DNA of 64,000 bases from Tubiluchus corallicola (taxonomy: Eukaryota; Animalia; Priapulida). Position numbers and translations under genes: made by a program. Numbering within the stretch: the stretch's first letter is position 1; each line of letters begins with the position of its first letter. The notes beneath the pieces are model-generated. The model saw only the letters and a program-made list of their open reading frames with translations. It made no database searches and was not told the origin of the DNA. This document shows positions 55,811 to 64,000 of this stretch, piece by piece. Location: the NCBI GenBank assembly GCA_030141605.1, contig JAQGDQ010000050.1, forward strand, positions 197,971 to 261,970, read 5' to 3'.

Positions 55811-56020
55811 TGATAAAATGATAATAATCTTTATTTAAAGCCTTTGGATTAACAATTAGCATAAGCTGGCCGACTGTAAATAACAATTCTGCAACTACAT
55901 AACATACTTTATCTTTGTTATCCCCGCTTTTATCCCAAATACCCGGGATGACAAGGCCGCGAACTCACGACCTCCCAGACGGAAAATAGACGCGTTGCCA
56001 TTACATTATACCGTCTAGTC
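55760..56020 (-). mobile_element. tRNA-derived SINE-like element with a (TTA)n tail; includes the (TAA)n microsatellite at 55760-55807
   Basis: Minus-strand head with ...GTAATGG... and GAGTTCGCGGCC boxes, ending in a trinucleotide tail. Confidence 0.5.
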
Positions 56021-59000
56021 ATCATTGGTAAACAGTCTACTCTTATTGCCATCTAGGCGTGTTACAAGCCAAATGACCTATCTAATGCGAAGAAGTTGTA
56101 AGTTCACCAAGGTTCTGTCTCTTTTTAGTCGTTTGGTGTTTTCACCTTCCAGTATTATTACGCCTTTACGCGTTATTAAACAGTTCACAATCGTGGTTTA
56201 ATACTGATCAGATATTGCAGTTCCTAGCTCACTTACTGATTAACGCTGAAACATGAAATACTGTTCGCATCATCGAGGACAATGCATCGTCGAGCATTCG
56301 CTTAACATGGAACCATTGCTCGGTAATTAACATGTTCTGCGTGACGTCGTTCTGACTGCCGAATTTTTAATTACGGCCTCGGCACGATTTTGAAGATCAC
56401 TATATATCTTTATTTCTGCCTGAATCTGTGCTATTACTACCACCTTACGTAAGAAAATGGAAAACGAATCCTAATAGAAACGTAGATGTAGCTGTATTGC
56501 TGTATGTCTATATCGAGATAGCTCATTGAAGATTTTTGGTTTTACACAGATAATTAACCACCTGAACACAAGAGCTTATTAAAAGAGTAACCTTTGCTAC
56601 ATTGGGAGACCTATTCAAGAATCAACACTTTACCATCACCAGTAGAGAATGGTTGGATAATAACTCCGTCAGGGCTCTAGCATCTCATTTGATGAAAAAT
56701 GATGCATCCACTCCTGGCATAATTAGTTATTTGCAAATTCAAAAAGGGCTGCATGGTAAACGAGCTGTAAACTGTACGCTTTCTGCAGTTGTGATGAAGC
56801 CAATTGTTCTAGTATAACTGAAATAAAAAATGACACTAAGAAAAATCAGTCAATTTATGGTAGCCAGCCCTATTATCAGTTTTGGCTGCAAGAGATGTGC
56901 GTTTATACACCAATTTTACATTCAGTTGTTATTATAATCGCAATATTTTTTCATAATTGCGAGACGATTTTGTGCAGGAAACTACGTGTATTGATATTTT
57001 CGTAACTAGAGCATGGAAAGAATACTTAATGATTTATACTACGACTGCTATTATATTGTTGCTAAGGCAAACAATTTTTAACATTGTTACTAATAGCAAC
57101 TTCTGCCTCTCCTGTGTGTTAAAATTTATTGTCAGTTCGTATAATAGTGAAAATCGAGGTCTCCCAAACTTTTTTCAATCTAACCTTACTATCAATGCCG
57201 TTGCTAAGATAGATAGTAACCATAGCAACTTATGGGAACAAAATTTTACATTATTGGACATATATGGTAACCTAAGCTAGGCGGTATTAGATGCTCATAA
57301 AAAGGTTTGTAATGACATGGTTGCTAACGCTAATCTGTATGGCACAGTTACTTGTAGATGTTACTGTGAGCCGCGAAAAAAATCCTGTTTTGCGTATGGG
57401 ACGACTGTTGAGAATTTACTGCAAAATAAATATAACAAGGCATCATTCATCAGATATGAAAGATTTAAGTTGGTAAAATTAAAAACACTCATTACTTAAT
57501 GCAATAATAGTACATGGGCCATAATTGGCCGAAAAAAATGATTCAGTGTACAATTTATGTCTACATACGTAAAAACTTACTGTAGCAATAAAAAGTAGCC
57601 TGATAAAAATCAACAGAATATCAAATACAATAAAAAAAGTTTTGGGCTATTGTGAAACGGGAGAGTTTTTAGGGTAGTGAGCCCTCCTGGACTATTTACA
57701 ATTTTTTTCTGCTACTATCCAGGTGATTACAATTGTCAGAATAATACTAAGAAAGTCAACTCTCAAATCTTACATGACTACAGCATTGCATAGCCTTATC
57801 CTTACCATGCACAAATTTGCGCATTTTTGAGTCAGTATCTAACATTTAACCGGTCTTAAAAATTTTTCGCTAAGGCCAATTCATGGGGAAGGGAGGACTT
57901 TTTCTAGAATACTACATAACATACTGATTCAGAAAAAGCAAAAGCATTTTAGTAGTATTTCTACTAGGCAAATATTTTGACCTAAAAATATATAAACAAA
58001 TGTTGAACTTTCAAAATCTACTCATATCAAAATCAAGAATACAGTACATTTTGGCGTCAGCACCGACGTATGCAAGTTACATCAATTATTTTCGTGAGTA
58101 CCGTTGTGTAAAACTGGAAACAACTATGTGTTATAACATAACTCACTTAGCGCGTAGGTGTACGTATACGTGTCTCAAAACATTATTGCAGAATGCCTAA
58201 TATTATCATGCATTACGCACGAGAAACAGTAAAAATGCTTACAATAGTTGTTGATATTGATGTTAGTAAACATACGTGATTTAATTCTCTTACTAAGTGA
58301 TCTAGCTAACCGTTTTCGAGTTAGGTACAGCATTAAATTTTATTGCTGTCCAACGTCTCGTGCTCATACAGCGGTGCGCAAATGTCCCTTACCCAAATGG
58401 CCGTTCCCAAAAATCAGCAGTGTTTTCTAGCTGATATTAAATTAATTGAAGCATTGTTGTTTTTATGCTTTTCCTGCTTTAGTTGTTCTACAACCGTGAT
58501 TTAAGTAAAATTTAGTAATAATAATACTAGTACCTGGTAAGTAACTTTCTAAGCTGCAAATACAAGTTCTCATCAAGACGCAATAATCAGTACGGTAGTT
58601 TTTACTTAATCTTAACTCTGTGTTCTGTTCAATTCAAATATTTTCACTACAGATACTATATACCACATAAATGCTTTACTTGGTTCTGTCCTAGACTCCT
58701 AGTTAGTTTTTAAGGTTCTGTGCACGTCATAGCCATGAAAAAAGGTTAATGTCCATGCCAACTCTAGAGCCCTAAAGCATAACTGGCTCTCTCTTAACTG
58801 GACTGTATGACCCAGTGAATGTACACAAGCAGGTCTGCAGTGGAAGAAGCAACGCCAGTTACAGAAAGTAATAAATATTTCAAATCAGACTTGATAGTGA
58901 ATTGTGTAGATGTGCAATTAAACTAATACAGTGAACAATAGAACTCCAACTTTTTTCTCTTGTTTTAAGTACAAAAATGCGCAGAGTGCTAGTTACGAAG

Positions 59001-59271
59001 TTTAACGTACTGCAGTGTGTTTATTAAACATTTTAAGAAAAACACGAGTAAAAGTTGCCGTAATGTACTTAAAACAGTAAGCAGGCATGTACAAATTACC
59101 GGTACACATAAACTAGTAACATCACTCTAACCAAGATGTGAAGTAAATGCAGGCCCGCCACATAGAATGCCAAAACAGATGAAAAAGGTAAGTAGAGCGC
59201 TAGTACCATGGTAATATAAATTTTATTTGTATTTTGTACTTCATTTACTTGCAATCTTTCAGGACAGGGAC

Positions 59272-62200
59272 ATGGATACGGAAGGCGCTTTTGAACTTCT
59301 GAGAGCCCATCAGCATCTCGTAATACTTCTGGTGCTTAGCTTTGCTTTAGTACTGAAATATTTGAACCAGAAACCTAAAGGAACTCCTCCTGGATCATTA
59401 GGGCTACCCATTATTGGGCATTCGCTTTATTTGGGCAGAGATCCGAGAAAGCCGCTTCTAAAGTTAAGGGACAAGTACGGGCCTATATTTAGTATATTTA
59501 TTGGTCCAATGCTTACGGTGGTAGTAAATGATTATGAAACTGCAAAAGAAGCATTTTTGAAGCATGGTGACGTCTTGTCTGGAAGAGTTCATCTTTTCAC
59601 ATTAAAGGCCATATTAACGGATCCTGATCAACCTGGCATTATTCATGGTAAGCATTACACGCTTTAGCTGGAAAAGTATTTTACAGATTGAGCTGGGCTC
59701 TGTGTACGCAGCATACAATGAAGCCCTATTTTCACGTTTGAGTTAATCATTACAATGCACAAAAACATACTCCACATTTATATATATATTTATTATTAAC
59801 AATTATTTATTTATCACATTTATTGCGTGCCACTAACAACTTACATACGTAAGTAGTTAATGGCACACAATAAATGTGTATTCACAATGTATATACACAA
59901 TAAAAGTGTATACAAATGTATATAAATGTGGCACACAATAAATGTATTCTATGGCCCATTAAGATAAAAGCAAATTTTGTCATAGAAAATGACATGGCCT
60001 AAAATTCAAGAATAAATTTTGTGAAGTACAATAAGGAAGAAAAAAATCAAAATATTATCATACTGTTATTACATAAAAGCTTTTCTAAAATAATATAATG
60101 GTGGTAACTAAAAACATCAATTCATTTGCCCAACAAACCATCCAATCTAAATTTCAATTAGATCTTCAGCCAACCTTCACTCAAATACCAGATCTGCATT
60201 AAATTTTATATTAGACAATTATTACGTATTAGATACAGCTTCACTTGCCCCAGTACATGATCTTTTTATAACATTCATGTGAATTTTCTATTAGTGATTA
60301 ATTCACTTTATTTGTCAGCCATCAGCACATCCATCTTCGTCACGGTGGACAACTACTCCTAGTTAAACATAGAAACTAAAATGAAGGTGATGATGATATG
60401 CAAATGATTTGTTATCTCCTATTTTATAGAAAATAATCACAAACATTTCATTTGATAGGAGTCATTAATTCAGAAGGTAGACTGTGGAAGGAGCATCGAA
60501 AATTTGCACTCACCAAATTACGTGAATTTGGAATGGGAAAAGCAAGCTTGGAGGTATGCTTGAAAATACCTGTAGGATTACAAACTATTTTGTGTTGTTG
60601 TTTGTGGGAATTTATATAAATTTATTGTCGCAAAAGTTGGGCACAGGGGATTCAACGAATACAAAGTAAACGTTGTTGCAATCGATTGACAATTGCGGTG
60701 CATTTTTAGGTCATTTTTAAGAGGGGAAAGCAAAGCGATTACCTCATACTGCAAAAGAGCAAAAACAGCTCGAATCCAAAATGTCTTGAGACCTTTTGCA
60801 GAAGTTAACCTCGCTAAATGCATTTTAACGAACGAATTTACTTTTTCAGCACAAGATTAGCGAGGAAGTGTGTGCAGTACTCAATGAACTACATTCACAC
60901 AACGGTTGTCCCATTGACATCCAGTTTATCATGACCACCAGCGTGTCTAACATCATGTGCTCCATAATCTTTGGCGAAAGATATGATTACAACGATGAAG
61001 AGTTTCAGTTCATTCTTAAGTGTCAGGATGACAATTTTCGGAAAATGTCTATGTTTGGAATCTTTCAGTTTTACGACGTTATCAAATACCTACCTTTCGT
61101 GAGCGCTAGAATCAAGCGTTTTATGAAAAATGCTGATTCTATGTTCGAGTTTTTTGATAAAAAGATTGAATATTGTGTGAAAACCTTTGACAGCGACAAC
61201 ATTAGAAATTTAATAGACAGTTACCTACAAAAGCTCGAGATGGAGGGCAATCAAAATGGGAACAATAAATTTAACCGTAAGAAGAATTACATTAAATATT
61301 AGGCCGCATTTATTGTACTTCATCCTGAAATAGTAAATTAAATACGGTAATTTCTTTAGCTGACCCAGGACTAACGCGAGAAGCACAATGAAGTTTCAAT
61401 AATTTCCATTGTAGTCTGTGATTTAATGATTCGCAACAAATGGTCAGCTCGAAACTGAAAGTAAGAATATCCTCTTGTATCTGTTGAGGTATTGGCACAT
61501 GAAAAGGAAGCATTTACTTTGCAAAATGTGCTTTTTATCTCGTAAACTATTAATTGGTTCTTTTTCCTTGCGCAGAAACATGATATACACATTTTTTGTA
61601 TTACTTTATTATCGTTTTTGCAGTTAGAGAGCTGAGGTACTTAATTCGAGATATGTTCATGGCTGGTAGTGAAACGACAACTACTCTAATGCGGTGGGTG
61701 TTTGTGTACATGCTGAAGCATCCTGACGTCATGAAAAAAGTGCAGCATGAAATTGATGACGTAGTCGGATGCAACAGACTGCCTAAAATGGCTGACAAGT
61801 TACGAATGCCGTACACCGAGGCCACGCTCACTGAAATTCAGCGATGTGGTAGGTTTAACTTTGGTAGATTATTAATTAATTAGTTTGTTTTTACAATGGA
61901 TATGTGGCTCTGATTGCTTGCGTGCTGAGTAGAATGAGAATTTAGACTGCTTTAGCAATGTGGGTTGATATCGCAAATGGATAGGAGCGTGTGGCCTGAT
62001 GCCATAAGGTTCTACGTTCAAATCTTAGTTGATTCTCAATATTTGAGCGCGTTTCTGCTAAATTTAATTGTTTATTTCTATCTTTGACGTTATCATTTAG
62101 TTCAGAACAATGGTTCCGTAGTTGTTCATTTTTTAATTTTTATGCTTGATATTAGTAAAGTGTTACCAGCACAAGCATTCACTATAAAATGGACTGTTAC

Positions 62201-63048
62201 GCAATCAACAAACGTCGCTTACACCAAAAGCGGTGATAAAAACGCGATCTAGTGAATTTAGGCGAGTAACTGTAATCAGCCATAATCCGCGTTACACTCC
62301 TCACAAGCCGTTTGAGCTGTTCATAAGGCACATAATTGCGAAATGAATTTGGCCATTAATTTCATTTACCATAAGGCGTTTTGTGTCATCGCTAACGCGG
62401 TAATTATCATGTTTAAGGTTTTTACAGTGCAGTATTCATTTTTGTCATAAGGATTCACAACAGAATGGTCTCATAAACATTAAAAAGCAATTTTTAAACG
62501 CGACATGTCACTAATACTGCAATTAGATATGTGCATTACCGAAACGGATTGTGACAAAACGCCTTACTACTTACACAAAGTAAGAAGCGTACCGCGGATT
62601 ATGATATACGTTTTACGGAAGATGGAAGACACCTTATGGCTTACAGATCATGGATTACGGCTTGCTACTTACCCCTTTCTCTGTGTGACACGGGCTTAAG
62701 AGTTTCTGTAGTCGGAAGATGAGGCTTACAGATGACAAAGTGAAAATAATTAATAGCAGCATAAGTAGAAACAGAAAATACACTTGGGTATTTTTGTATT
62801 CTTTACGAGTTTAATTTAAATATGTTCTATAGCCAACATTTTACCAATTGGAGAGCCACATCGGAGTTTAGCCAGGACAACTATAAAGGGATTTGAAATA
62901 CCAGCCAACACGCAAGTTCTAGCAAACATGACAGCTATATTGAATGACCCAAAGCATTTTGAGAATCCTGAGTTGTTTAACCCAGACAGGTTTGTCGACT
63001 CGGAAGGACGATTTTCAGGCTCAAAACAAGTTGCAGCTTTCTCAGTAG
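59272..63048 (+). CDS. Cytochrome P450, clan 2 (CYP2-like); 3' end lies beyond the window
   Basis: Phase-consistent exons 59272-59647, 60459-60553, 60850-61276, 61624-61848, 62833-63048. N-terminal anchor plus PPGSLGLPIIG, WKEHR (WxxxR), LREFGMGK, I-helix AGSETTTT, K-helix EIQR, NPDRF, and FSVG at the last donor. The heme-Cys exon is not in the window. A possible extra upstream in-frame exon lies at 59167-59187. Confidence 0.93.
61960..62030 (+). mobile_element. tRNA-derived SINE-like head (degenerate)
   Basis: ATATCGCAAATGGATAG ... ACGTTCAAATC with A/B-box-like spacing. Confidence 0.3.
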
Positions 63049-63222
63049 GTATGAAAAGTCATAGTTAACAAACGCTTTTGCTACGTAGTGCTTTCTTTAT
63101 TTATACACACAGAAAGACAAGCCTTTCATGAAAACATAACCATTTACATTTACTGATGAAGAATAGATCCAATAGCCAAAACAAATAAGTAAAACATGTG
63201 TTACATGCAAATTGTAAAACCG

Positions 63223-63324
63223 GGTATTATGCAGAATGCCTAGGCACTTTATGGATTGCCAAAACAAACCAGGTAAAGTGCCTAAAATAATTTTTCGCGC
63301 TTTCCCTAGGCATTATATATGACA
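63223..63324. repeat. Small inverted-repeat element (probable MITE)
   Basis: AATGCCTAGG ... CCTAGGCATT outer arms with an internal TAGGCACTTTA / TAAAGTGCCTA stem. Confidence 0.5.
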
Positions 63325-63637
63325 CTAAGGCCTATTAGGCAAAGTGTGTAATTCTTGGATTTAGGTTGAACGTTTATGCTTCTAAGATGTTGCTTACTAA
63401 TTAACTAGTGCAAGGTCGAGTGGTTCTCGCGAATGTGCTAAGTAACGGCGGGGCTGGTCAGTTAATTCACGGGTGAACAATTCAATGACTACTTTTAGTG
63501 GTTTCATTTGCCATACTGATTCAGGCTGATACTGAGGCAGGATGGGGATGTATTCACATCTGAGCGTGTCTATGACTGCAGGCTCAGTGGCTCAACTTAG
63601 CTTTGATAGTGAGTCAGATTCCAGCAGCAAGCCCTAC

Positions 63638-63951
63638 TAGTGCGTCCTACCCGCTTGTAGTGTGTTCTACCCGCTTGTAGTGTGTACTACCTACTTGCAG
63701 TGTATCCTACCAGTTTGTAGTGCGTCCTATCCGCGTGTAGCGTGTTCTACCCGCCTGTAGTGTGTCCTATCCGCTTGCAGCGTGTCCGACCCGCTTGTAA
63801 TGCGTCCTACCCCTTTGTAGTGTGTTCTACCCGCTTGTAGTGTGTCCTATCCGCTTGCAGCGTGTCCTACCCGCTTGTAGTGCGTCCTAGCCGTTTGTAG
63901 TGTGTTCTACCCGCTTGTAGTGTCCTGCCCGCTTGCAGTGTGTCCTACCCT
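63638..63951. repeat. 20-bp minisatellite (TAGTGYGTYCTACCCGCTTG), about 15-16 copies, in the CYP intron
   Basis: Head-to-tail units with no spacers. Confidence 0.95.
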
Positions 63952-64000
63952 CTGTGACTCTTGGTGGCAATACATAACACAAATATGTTGGAGCTAACCG

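Noticed and set aside
53540-57500. Short ORFs between ATP13A and the CYP as an additional gene
   Set aside because: No recognisable domain and no consistent exon chain; likely decayed TE sequence.
63638-63951. Regular repeat array as a CRISPR
   Set aside because: There are no unique spacers and no cas genes, and it lies in a eukaryotic intron.

Overview
AT-rich, intron-containing animal (probably invertebrate) genomic DNA, so most of the short ORF track is noise. Three protein-coding loci are visible. (1) Two tandem GT31/beta-1,3-galactosyltransferase-type catalytic exons on + (about 789-1770 and 4247-5117); the second keeps an open frame but has lost both the DxD motif and the catalytic Asp. 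(2) A complete P5B-type ATPase gene (ATP13A2/3-like polyamine transporter) on -, 16097-51972, which I assembled by hand into 30 phase-compatible exons (about 1223 aa). It carries a duplicated pair of homologous N-domain exons (28911-29033 and 27649-27756) that look mutually exclusive, a PPSLP variant of the M4 motif, and a CLEAR-like E-box upstream. (3) A clan-2 cytochrome P450 on + from about 59167/59272, running off the window end before the heme Cys. The rest holds decayed LINEs, tRNA-derived SINE-like heads, hAT-, Kolobok-, Mutator- and Tc1/mariner-like non-autonomous elements, (GA)n and (TAA)n microsatellites and a 20-bp minisatellite. All calls are by eye; no searches were run.
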